Below are positions 37,183-44,929 of a stretch of 64,000 nucleotides of DNA, in pieces. Made by a program: the position numbers and the translations under genes. Source of the stretch: an uncultured Planctomycetota bacterium (GTDB lineage Bacteria; Planctomycetota; UBA11346); NCBI GenBank assembly GCA_903902515.1, contig CAIUVD010000276.1, forward strand, positions 938-64,937, written 5' to 3'. The notes below the pieces were generated by a model. The model was given only the letters and a program-made list of their open reading frames with translations. It did not search any database and was not told where the DNA came from. Numbering within the stretch: position 1 is the stretch's first letter; every line of letters starts with the position of its first letter.

Positions 37183-38046
37183 ATGCCCGTGCCGCATGCC
37201 CGGATGTTCCTGACGACACCCATGCCCCGGGACCGGGCGGTGGCCGTGGTCTCTTCGGTGGGGACGGCGCGCTGCACCCGCGAAGAAGCCCTGCCCCCGG
37301 TCCATCGGGATCGCTGGCACAGTTGGCAGTTCATGCTCACGGTCCGCGGTGAGGGTGAGGTCGTCGTCGATGGGCGTCGCCTGGCGATCCCCCGCCATGC
37401 CGCCGTTTTGCTGCCCCGGGACCGGCCCCACGAGTACTACCCCCTGGCGTCGTGCCCCCACTGGGAGTACCTCTGGATCGAGTGGGATGGAGAGCAGGTA
37501 CCCGCCATCCTCGGCATGCTCGGCCTGGGGGATGCCTCGATCATACCAGGATGCGTCAGCCTGCTGCCCCAGATCGAGGAGATCCACGGCCTTCTTCTGG
37601 AGCGGGGTGACGAAGCCCTCCACGAGGCGGGTACCCTGTTTTTAAATGCTTTGGCCCGGGTCGCCAAAGTGGCACGCCAACATCCCGGTGCGGCCCCGAC
37701 ACCGGTCGATCGAATGGTGGCCTGGATGGCCCGGCATCTGGATGCCGAGGTGACCCTCGCGGATCTCGCGGCCATCGCGGGGGTGAGCTCCTGGCATTGC
37801 GTGCGCCTCTTCCGGGAAATCCACGGAGTTCCTCCCATCGCTTATCTTCGGCTCCTGCGCCTGCACCGGGCCCGGACCCTGCTCCAATCCAGTGATATGG
37901 GCGTGCGCCAGATCGCCCGGGCCGTTGGCTACGCCAAAGTCCAGCACTTTACCAGGATGTTTACCCATGCCGTGGGCATGTCGCCCCGGGCCTTCCGGGC
38001 TGGAAACGGCCATTTCCGGAGCCCGGATTCCGGCGAAACCAGGTAA
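37183..38046 (+). CDS. AraC-family transcriptional regulator
   Basis: The C-terminal HTH pair is LADLAAIAGVSSWHCVRLFREIHGVPPIAYLRLLRLHRARTLL...VRQIARAVGYAKVQHFTRMFTHAVGMSPRAFR. It is divergent from abfA. The track start at 37030 is replaced by an in-frame ATG at 37183, with 37204 also possible. Confidence 0.8.
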   Translation: MPVPHARMFLTTPMPRDRAVAVVSSVGTARCTREEALPPVHRDRWHSWQFMLTVRGEGEVVVDGRRLAIPRHAAVLLPRDRPHEYYPLASCPHWEYLWIEWDGEQVPAILGMLGLGDASIIPGCVSLLPQIEEIHGLLLERGDEALHEAGTLFLNALARVAKVARQHPGAAPTPVDRMVAWMARHLDAEVTLADLAAIAGVSSWHCVRLFREIHGVPPIAYLRLLRLHRARTLLQSSDMGVRQIARAVGYAKVQHFTRMFTHAVGMSPRAFRAGNGHFRSPDSGETR

Positions 38047-38061
38047 CGATCCCGCTGGTGC

Positions 38062-38658
38062 TCAGAACTTGACGACCGGCGCCACCCGGGCGGCCGTGTT
38101 CTCCAATTCCCACAGGGTTGCGGGCGTGAAGTTGCCGAAGCCGGCCACGATATTGCCGGGGACCTGTTCCCGTTCGGTATTGTAGACCATCACGGCGTCG
38201 TTGTAGGCCTGGCGGGCGAAGGCGATGCGGTTTTCCGTGCCGCTGAGTTCGTCCATCAGGGCCTTGATGGTGGTATCGGCCTTCAACTGGGGGTAGGCCT
38301 CTGTGACCATCATCAGGCGGCCAAGGGCCCCGGTCAGGGCACCCTCGGCCCCGAGCAGGCCCTGGAGGGCGGCGGTGTTCGACGGATCGCCGCCGACCCG
38401 GGACTGGGCTGTCACGGCGGCGCCCCGGGCGGCAATCACGGCTTCCAGGGTGCCGCGTTCGTGGGACAGGTAGGCCTTGGTGGTTTCCACCAGGTTGGGG
38501 ATCAGGTCGTAGCGGCGGGTCAGCTGGACGTCGATCTGGCTGTAGGCGTTCTTGAAACGGTTGCGGAGGCTGACCAGGCGGTTGAACACCCCCACGGCCC
38601 ACAGGACCAGGACGGCGACGAGGGCCAGCAGCACGGCAAGGATGATCCAGGCGGACAT
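38062..38658 (-). CDS. lemA: LemA-family membrane protein
   Basis: MSAWIILAVLLALVAVLVLWAVGVFNRLVSLRNRFKNAYSQIDVQLTRRYDLIPNLVETTK is a typical LemA N-terminus. The track ORF (to 39096) has an implausible 146-aa extension antisense to kdsB. Confidence 0.85.
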   Translation of the reverse strand: MSAWIILAVLLALVAVLVLWAVGVFNRLVSLRNRFKNAYSQIDVQLTRRYDLIPNLVETTKAYLSHERGTLEAVIAARGAAVTAQSRVGGDPSNTAALQGLLGAEGALTGALGRLMMVTEAYPQLKADTTIKALMDELSGTENRIAFARQAYNDAVMVYNTEREQVPGNIVAGFGNFTPATLWELENTAARVAPVVKF

Positions 38659-38772
38659 GGGGATACTCCAGGGCCCCTGCGGTAGCGGGCGGGACGGTCC
38701 TGTGCAAGGTGATGATGTTGGCCGCGTTGACAGGGGGGGCGATGGGCTAAAGTCCCCGGCTTGGAACACGTC

Positions 38773-39504
38773 ATGGCCCAGGACGTCGCCGTCCTCATTC
38801 CAGCCCGGCGGGCTTCCACCCGCCTGCCCGAGAAACTTTTGCTTGCCGAACACGGCGAAGCCCTGATCGCCACCGCTGCCCGCCAGGCGGCTAAGGCCTT
38901 TGGCCCTGAGGCGGTGGTGGTGTGTGCCGATGACCAGGCCCTGATCGACGCCGTGGGCCCGACGGGCATGGCAGCCCGCCTGACCCGCCTCGACCACCAG
39001 AGCGGCACCGACCGCATCGCCGAGGTCGCGGCCGGGCTTTCGGCCTCCATCATCGTCAATGTCCAGGGCGACGAGCCAGAGATGGAGCCCGAGCACATCC
39101 GACTGGTGGCCAGTCTCTTACTGCGCCATCCCTGGGCCGGCATCGCCACCCTCGGGGTGCGTGGGGGCCGGGCCGAACAGGGCAATCCCAACAATGTGAA
39201 GGTGGTCCTTGGTCATGGCGATCGGGCCTTGTGGTTCACCCGGGCCCCCGCCGTGTGGGACCGGGATGGCGGCGAGCCGACGACCGGCTGCGTCCGTCAC
39301 CTTGGCATCTATGCCTATCGCCGCGAGGTCCTCCTCGGCTATGCCGGGCTGCCCGCCAGCCGTCTCGAACAGACCGAGAAACTGGAACAGTTGCGAGCCT
39401 TGGAGGCCGGTATTGGCATGGCCTGCGGGCTCGTCGAACACGCCGTCCCCGGCATCGATGTTCGCCCAGATTACGACGCTTTTCTCTCCCGACTCCGCAA
39501 GTGA
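38773..39504 (+). CDS. kdsB: 3-deoxy-manno-octulosonate cytidylyltransferase (CMP-KDO synthetase)
   Basis: VAVLIPARRASTRLPEKLL, DRIAEV and NVQGDEP are KdsB motifs. The track start is TTG 38761 and the ATG is at 38773. Confidence 0.9.
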   Translation: MAQDVAVLIPARRASTRLPEKLLLAEHGEALIATAARQAAKAFGPEAVVVCADDQALIDAVGPTGMAARLTRLDHQSGTDRIAEVAAGLSASIIVNVQGDEPEMEPEHIRLVASLLLRHPWAGIATLGVRGGRAEQGNPNNVKVVLGHGDRALWFTRAPAVWDRDGGEPTTGCVRHLGIYAYRREVLLGYAGLPASRLEQTEKLEQLRALEAGIGMACGLVEHAVPGIDVRPDYDAFLSRLRK

Positions 39505-39512
39505 ACGATCCC

Positions 39513-41192
39513 ATGCCCACGCGCCAAGGCCCCACCCGTCATCTCATCATCACCGGCGGCGTCGTCAGCAGCCTCGGCAAGGGTATCGCCTGCGCCTCCA
39601 TCGGCCGGCTGCTGATCAACATGGGCTACCGGGTGAAGATCCAGAAGCTGGATCCGTATCTCAATATCGACCCGGGGACCATGAACCCCTTCCAACACGG
39701 CGAGGTCTTCGTCACCGATGACGGTGCCGAGACGGATCTCGACCTGGGCCACTATGAGCGCTTCCTGGGCGTGCCCTGCACCAAGGGCAGCACCGTCACC
39801 AGCGGTCGTATTTACCAGTCGGTGATCAACAAGGAGCGGGCCGGCAAGTACAACGGCGGCACCGTCCAGGTGATCCCCCACGTCACGGACGAGATCAAGG
39901 GCACCATCCGTGGCATCACCGGCCCGGATGTCGATGTCGTCATCTCGGAAGTCGGCGGCACCGTCGGTGACATCGAGGGCCTGCCGTTCATGGAGGCCGT
40001 GCGCCAGCTGCGGCACGACGTGGGCCGCGACAACGTCGCCTTCCTCCACCTCGTCTACATTCCCTTCATCAAGGCCGCCGGCGAGATCAAGACCAAGCCG
40101 GCCCAGCACAGCGTGCAGAAGCTGCGCGAAATCGGCTTGGTGCCGGATTTCCTGCTGTGCCGCTCGGAAAAACCCCTGGCCAAGGGCGTGAAGGACAAGC
40201 TCGCCTTGTTCTGCAACGTCGACCTCGACAAGGTCATCGACCTCCCGGACGTTCCGACCAGCGTCTACGAGGTCCCCCAGGTCCTCATCAAGCAGAACAT
40301 GGCGGAGGTCCTGTGCCGTCGTCTTGGTCTGCCCGTGAAGCCCTGCGATATGCACGCCTGGGACTTGATGGTCGGCCACATCAAGAAGCCCAAGGACACG
40401 GTGAAAATCGGCCTGATCGGCAAGTACATCGACCACCAGGATGCCTACAAGTCGGTGACCGAGAGTGTCGACCACGCAGCCTTCAGCCACCTGCTCAAGG
40501 CTGAGATCATTCGCATTGAGTCGGAGTCCCTGGAAAAGGACGAGCATTGGGTCGATAAACTCAAGGGTCTCGACGGCATCCTGGTTCCCGGCGGCTTCGG
40601 GAAGCGCGGTTTCGAGGGCAAGCTCAAGGCCATTCGCTACGCCCGCGAGAACCGCATTCCCTACCTTGGCCTGTGTCTGGGCATGCAGGCGGCCTGTATC
40701 GAGTTTGCGCGCGGCGTGCTGAATCTGGCCGAGGCCACCAGTGTCGAGATGAATGAGAAGACGCCCCACCCGATCATCGTCGCCATGGATTCCCAGAAGG
40801 ACGTGATCGCCGCCGGCAATCTCGGCGGAACCATGCGCCTGGGCGCCTACCCCTGCACCCTGGTCAAGAAGGGCAGCAAGACCTCCAAGGTCTACGGCAA
40901 TGTCGAGGTCGTCAGCGAGCGCCACCGCCACCGGTACGAATTCAACAATGCCTACCGCGCCCAGTTCGAGGCCGCCGGTCTGCAGTTCACGGGCCTCTAC
41001 ATTCCCGATCCCTCCCAGCCCGAGAAGAGCCTGGTCGAGATTGTGGAGTTGAAGGACCATCCGTACTTCCTGGCCACCCAGGCCCATCCCGAGTTCAAGT
41101 CGACGCCGGTGGCCCCCCATCCGTTGTTCCGGGGCTTCCTGGGGGCGGCCTATAAGCACAAGACCGGCGAGGCGGCTGCCGTCTCGGCGTGA
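39513..41192 (+). CDS. pyrG: CTP synthase
   Basis: From ATG 39513 the protein reads MPTRQGPTRHLIITGGVVSSLGKGI...YLNIDPGTMNPFQHGEVFVTDDGAETDLDLGHYERF. The glutaminase domain motifs GLCLGMQ and HRHRYEFN are present. The track ORF (39231) carries an out-of-context extension overlapping kdsB. Confidence 0.95.
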   Translation: MPTRQGPTRHLIITGGVVSSLGKGIACASIGRLLINMGYRVKIQKLDPYLNIDPGTMNPFQHGEVFVTDDGAETDLDLGHYERFLGVPCTKGSTVTSGRIYQSVINKERAGKYNGGTVQVIPHVTDEIKGTIRGITGPDVDVVISEVGGTVGDIEGLPFMEAVRQLRHDVGRDNVAFLHLVYIPFIKAAGEIKTKPAQHSVQKLREIGLVPDFLLCRSEKPLAKGVKDKLALFCNVDLDKVIDLPDVPTSVYEVPQVLIKQNMAEVLCRRLGLPVKPCDMHAWDLMVGHIKKPKDTVKIGLIGKYIDHQDAYKSVTESVDHAAFSHLLKAEIIRIESESLEKDEHWVDKLKGLDGILVPGGFGKRGFEGKLKAIRYARENRIPYLGLCLGMQAACIEFARGVLNLAEATSVEMNEKTPHPIIVAMDSQKDVIAAGNLGGTMRLGAYPCTLVKKGSKTSKVYGNVEVVSERHRHRYEFNNAYRAQFEAAGLQFTGLYIPDPSQPEKSLVEIVELKDHPYFLATQAHPEFKSTPVAPHPLFRGFLGAAYKHKTGEAAAVSA

Positions 41193-41329
41193 CGCAATCT
41201 GCAGGGGTCATCCGGGGGTGATCGTGGAATGTGCAGGGGATTCGGGACTAAACCCCCTGAAAACCCCGGCACGACCTGGGCTAGCATCCGTACGCAGCAC
41301 CTCGCTGCATTCACCAACGGAATGCTTCC

Positions 41330-41848
41330 ATGCCCTTCTTCTCACGCTGCCCGACGATTGCCTTTCCCCAGATCCCCCTGTTTCTTGGCCTGCTGACCCT
41401 GACTGCCGGCGCGGCCCTGGCGGTCGAGCAGGATGTGCGCCTGGTACCCCAGATCACCGCCGGTACGGCCGGCCTTGAACCTGGCCTCGCCCTGGAGTGG
41501 CGTGGCCTCGACCTGGCGCCGGTGATCATCCGCCCGGAAATCTTCGTCAGTGAAGACGGCCATCCCGGCGGCGGCGGCGCCATCCTCTATGATCTGACGT
41601 CAGTTGCGGGCCTGCCGAGCCGCCATGCCTTGGCCGTGGGACCCCGGGCGGTCTACCACCACTCGGATGAGTATGGTTGGGAAGTCGATGGCATGGTCAC
41701 CTGGGGCTATTCCCTGACCAATGCCATCGACAAGCCGAGCCGCCATGTGATCGGCGTGCTGGGCGCTCTCGGCGTTGTCCATGACCTTGAGCACGACGAA
41801 TCGGATGTCGGCGTCACGGGCGGCGTGTTCTACTCGTTCCGCCTCTAA
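41330..41848 (+). CDS. Hypothetical exported protein (possibly a small outer-membrane beta-barrel)
   Basis: The N-terminus PLFLGLLTLTAGAALA is signal-like. Alternating hydrophobic strands end in GGVFYSFRL. I recognised no family. Confidence 0.45.
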   Translation: MPFFSRCPTIAFPQIPLFLGLLTLTAGAALAVEQDVRLVPQITAGTAGLEPGLALEWRGLDLAPVIIRPEIFVSEDGHPGGGGAILYDLTSVAGLPSRHALAVGPRAVYHHSDEYGWEVDGMVTWGYSLTNAIDKPSRHVIGVLGALGVVHDLEHDESDVGVTGGVFYSFRL

Positions 41849-41854
41849 AGAGTC

Positions 41855-42304
41855 CTACGGGCAGCAGCTCGGCTTTTCGGCGGTGGCATCGGTGGCACCG
41901 GCCCATTTCACGATCACGGGGGTCGTGACTTTGGTTCCATCGCCGAGGGTGACGTCCAAATCGATGGTGCTGCCCTCGGTGAGGGGGGCGGTCAGGTCCA
42001 GGAGCATCACGTGCAGGCCCCCCGGGGCGAGGACCACCTGGCCCTTGGCGGGGATGGTGATGCTCGGTTGGTGGACCATCCGTTTGACGCCGTCTGCCCC
42101 GGTTTCGGTGCGGTGCAGTTCGACCCGCCCGGCGCGGGACGAGGTTGCGCCGGTCACCTCCACCGGTTGATCACTTGGATTTTTTACGGTCATGAAAACC
42201 CCGGCCGCGCCCTGGCCGGGGGCCGTGGCGCGGGCGAAAGCCCCGCTGATTTCCACGGCGCTGACGATGGTGGCGAGGGCCAGCAGGAAGGCGGTTCGGA
42301 TCAT
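41855..42304 (-). CDS. Periplasmic copper chaperone PCu(A)C (DUF461 family)
   Basis: A signal peptide is followed by AAGVFMTVKN...VELHRT...MVHQ...GGLHVMLLDL, the His/Met-rich pattern typical of PCuAC. ATG 42304 overlaps the SCO1 stop (ATGA). Confidence 0.8.
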   Translation of the reverse strand: MIRTAFLLALATIVSAVEISGAFARATAPGQGAAGVFMTVKNPSDQPVEVTGATSSRAGRVELHRTETGADGVKRMVHQPSITIPAKGQVVLAPGGLHVMLLDLTAPLTEGSTIDLDVTLGDGTKVTTPVIVKWAGATDATAEKPSCCP

Positions 42305-42897
42305 GGTTTTCCTAAGATGTCACGAAGGGTGGTGACGCTACGGGCGATGGTGTCGGTGCTGCCGATGGTGGCGGCCACCCGCCCTTGGCGGTCGAGGACG
42401 GTGATCGAGGAGGAGTGGTCCATCAGGTAGTGGGATCCCGCCCCAGGAACCTTGCGGGCGGTGACGCCGAAGGTTTTGAAGACGGCGGCCAGTTCCTCGG
42501 GGGTGCCCGTCAGGGCCCGGATCCGGGGGTGGAACAGGGGGGCATAGCCCTTCAGCAGTTCGGGGGTGTCGCGTTCCGGATCGACGGTGACGAACAGCGG
42601 CGTGGTGCGCTCGACGTCATCTCCCATGGCCCGCAGCACCCGGGCTACATAACCGAGTTCCGTCGGGCACACGTCCGGACAGAAGGTGTAGCCAAAATAC
42701 AGCAGCACGACCTGGCCCCGCAGGCTGGTGTCGGTGACGAGGTTTCCCTCGGTATCCCGCAGCTGGAACGGGCGGGCGTCACCCTGGTCTGGCCGGGCGG
42801 TGGTGCCGGTGGGTGCGAAGGCCAGGGCCAAGCCCGCGAGGGCGAGGACCACCAGGCTGATGATCACGGGACGGAAGCTCATCGGGGGGATGTCCAT
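42301..42897 (-). CDS. SCO1/SenC-family copper-binding thioredoxin-like protein
   Basis: VVLLYFGYTFCPDVCPTEL carries the CxxxC motif, and ...YLMDHSS carries the conserved His. A TM/signal segment (PVIISLVVLALAGLALA) is present. ATG starts occur at 42897 or 42882, and the latter overlaps the cytochrome c stop (ATGA). Confidence 0.85.
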   Translation of the reverse strand: MDIPPMSFRPVIISLVVLALAGLALAFAPTGTTARPDQGDARPFQLRDTEGNLVTDTSLRGQVVLLYFGYTFCPDVCPTELGYVARVLRAMGDDVERTTPLFVTVDPERDTPELLKGYAPLFHPRIRALTGTPEELAAVFKTFGVTARKVPGAGSHYLMDHSSSITVLDRQGRVAATIGSTDTIARSVTTLRDILGKP

Positions 42898-43322
42898 GGG
42901 CGGGCTTCGGCTACCTGGGCGGGCGTCACCGGGCTTGCGGCATGGCCCCAGGAGGAGCGCAGCCAGGTCAGGAGGCTGGCGATTTCGGCATCGGTCAGGC
43001 GTTGGCCCAGACCGGGCATGGGCTGGGGCCAAGGCTTTCGGCTGATGGTTCCGTGCACCACCAATCGGGCCAGCGGGAGGGGGTCCCCAAGGACCATGGG
43101 CGAGCCCCGCACCGGCGGCGAAAGGCCCGGAATGCCCGCTCCATCAACCCCATGGCACCCTTGGCAGTTCACGTACAGGGCCCGGCCCTCTAGGGGTGGG
43201 TGAGCGGTCGCGAGGCTGGTATCCGTGACCCGGGGCAGGGACTGGGCTTGGCGGGCATAGGCGCCGATGGCCAGAAGGATCCCGACCGCCACCAACCACC
43301 AGACCAGACGCAAGGAAGGCAT
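42879..43322 (-). CDS. Membrane-anchored c-type cytochrome
   Basis: CQGCHG is a CxxCH haem-binding motif. The N-terminal TM helix is LVWWLVAVGILLAIGAY. The track start is TTG 43328 and the ATG is at 43322. Confidence 0.8.
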   Translation of the reverse strand: MPSLRLVWWLVAVGILLAIGAYARQAQSLPRVTDTSLATAHPPLEGRALYVNCQGCHGVDGAGIPGLSPPVRGSPMVLGDPLPLARLVVHGTISRKPWPQPMPGLGQRLTDAEIASLLTWLRSSWGHAASPVTPAQVAEARPWTSPR

Positions 43323-43364
43323 CGCCAAATGCTAGGCAATTCACGGAGAACAACAGGCCCGGCT

Positions 43365-44264
43365 TTAGCCGCCGATCAATCCCCGGGCGAATGCCGCAAC
43401 CTCGCCGAGGGTCCGGGACAGGACCAAGCGCGGGCGGGGTTCCAGCCCCAGAAGGTGGGCGTTACGGCCCCCCACCACGAGGTTGGCCCCGTGGGCCGTC
43501 AGGTCGCTGAAATGTTTCCGCAAGGGCGCTTTGAGGGCGATGGCCGCCTCTTCGGTGGACACCGCCAGCCAGATCAGACGGGGATTGCGCTTGGTGACCT
43601 GGGACAGGAGCGCCTCCAAGGGGGTGTCGGGCCCGAGGTTGATGCTGTCGAAGCCGGCCTCCTGGAGGATCGTGGCGCAGCACAGGCTGGGGAGGATGTA
43701 GGGATCCTTGCTGGGCGCTCCACCGATGGCTACCGGGGCGGTGGGCCCGGGTTCCGCCATCATCAGGCGGATCGTCAGCACGGCCTGGAGGAGGGTGTCG
43801 GTCGCCATGTGCTCGGTGGCAATGCCGTCGGTGCCGTGGGACCACAGGGTGCCGATGCGTTCCAGGCTGGTGCGGATCGGACCATCGGCCAATTCGTGCA
43901 TCCGCATGCCGTTGCTGAACGCTTGGACCACCAACGCCCGGGCCCGGGCCAGGTCCCCGTTCTTCAGCAGCTCGTGGAGGTGGTCGTCGAGGGTCCGGTC
44001 GCTGCTGGGGGCCGGGGCCATGCCGAGGGGCCGGGGATCCTTGATCGGATAGCCTTCGCGGCGCATGAAGCCGAGGGCTTCCTTGGCGGCGATCCGTCGG
44101 TGGCCGCCGGCGGTTCGCACGGCCTTCAGACGACCTTCATCAACCCATCGCTTGAGGGACGATTCACTGACGCCGATGACACGGGCCATGTCCTTGGGGG
44201 ACAGGAACCGCTGCAGGGTGGCGGGGTGTTCGTCAGGGATAGGCCAGTTCATGGGATCGTTCAT
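43365..44264 (-). CDS. Transcriptional regulator: excisionase/MerR-type HTH plus a B12-binding-like domain (LitR/CarH-like, lacking the canonical His ligand)
   Basis: The HTH is LSPKDMARVIGVSESSLKRWVDEGRLKAVRTAGGHRRI. A helical B12-binding_2-like segment reads IGTLWSHGTDGIATEHMATDTLLQAV. The Rossmann-like segment IGGAPSKDPYILPSLCCATILQEAGFDSINLGPDTP...LAVS...LVVGG has DPYILP where DxHxxG is expected. The track start is TTG 44273 and the first ATG is at 44264. Confidence 0.7.
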   Translation of the reverse strand: MNDPMNWPIPDEHPATLQRFLSPKDMARVIGVSESSLKRWVDEGRLKAVRTAGGHRRIAAKEALGFMRREGYPIKDPRPLGMAPAPSSDRTLDDHLHELLKNGDLARARALVVQAFSNGMRMHELADGPIRTSLERIGTLWSHGTDGIATEHMATDTLLQAVLTIRLMMAEPGPTAPVAIGGAPSKDPYILPSLCCATILQEAGFDSINLGPDTPLEALLSQVTKRNPRLIWLAVSTEEAAIALKAPLRKHFSDLTAHGANLVVGGRNAHLLGLEPRPRLVLSRTLGEVAAFARGLIGG

Positions 44265-44345
44265 AACGTTCAAATCTCAGGAATCAAACGAGTCGCATAT
44301 CCAGATATTTCGGTCAATAAACTGGACATGATCGATATGAACGAT
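44256..44345. promoter_or_regulatory. Divergent control region with a 9-bp perfect inverted repeat (ATCGTTCAT ... ATGAACGAT)
   Basis: ATCGTTCAT lies at 44256-44264 and ATGAACGAT at 44337-44345. There is an additional CGTTCA copy at 44267-44272. The stretch between the regulator and the peroxidase operon is unusually AT-rich. Confidence 0.3.
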
Positions 44346-44356
44346 TAGATGCTGCC

Positions 44357-44929
44357 ATGCTGATCCGTTCACTCCTCGCCCTTCCCGCCCTCATCGGCAC
44401 CTTCCTCTCCTCGGGCTGCGCCGCCGATGGCACCCCGCCAGCCAAGTCCGTCCATGAGTTCGTCCTCACGGCCAATGACGGGAAGCCCTACCCCCTGGCC
44501 CAGCACGCCGGCAAGGTCCTGCTGATCGTCAATACCGCCAGCAAATGCGGGCTGACCAAGCAGTACGCGCCCCTGGAGCAGGTGTGGAAGCAGTACCAGG
44601 CCCGGGGCCTGGTGGTGATCGGCATCCCCTCTAACGACTTCCTGGGCCAGGAGCCGGGCACCAACGAGGAAATCGCCGCCTTTTGTTCGACGAAATTCGG
44701 CGTCACCTTCCCCTTGATGGCCAAGGTCGCTGTCAGCGGCGGCGACCAAGCGCCCCTCTATCGGTACCTGACTCAGCACAGTGCCAAGCCCGGCAAGATC
44801 ACCTGGAATTTCAATAAGTTCCTGGTCGGTCCCGATGGCCAGGTCATCGACCGCTTCGATGCCCGCCAGGACCCCGGCGCTCCCGAGGTTACGGCCGTCA
44901 TCGAGAAGGCTCTGGGAGCCCTCAAGTGA
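44357..44929 (+). CDS. Glutathione peroxidase-family protein, exported (signal/lipoprotein-like N-terminus)
   Basis: LLIVNTASKCGLTKQYAPLEQVWKQY and WNFNKFLVGPDG are GPx signatures. The active-site residue is Cys (TGC), not Sec. The N-terminus is MLIRSLLALPALIGTFLSSGC. Confidence 0.9.
   Translation: MLIRSLLALPALIGTFLSSGCAADGTPPAKSVHEFVLTANDGKPYPLAQHAGKVLLIVNTASKCGLTKQYAPLEQVWKQYQARGLVVIGIPSNDFLGQEPGTNEEIAAFCSTKFGVTFPLMAKVAVSGGDQAPLYRYLTQHSAKPGKITWNFNKFLVGPDGQVIDRFDARQDPGAPEVTAVIEKALGALK

Noticed and set aside
38659-39096. The upstream extension of the LemA ORF (the track gives 38062-39096)
   Set aside because: The extension is antisense to kdsB and has no LemA similarity. The canonical LemA N-terminal TM helix starts at ATG 38658.
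44322-44348. A mini-ORF ATGATCGATATGAACGATTAG (MIDMND*) just upstream of the peroxidase gene, considered as a leader peptide
   Set aside because: It is too short, lacks a Shine-Dalgarno sequence and has no attenuator structure. The sequence is better explained as one arm of the 9-bp inverted repeat.
44530-44560. A possible selenocysteine in the glutathione peroxidase active site
   Set aside because: The active-site codon in NTASKCGLT is TGC (Cys), not TGA. No recoding is needed.
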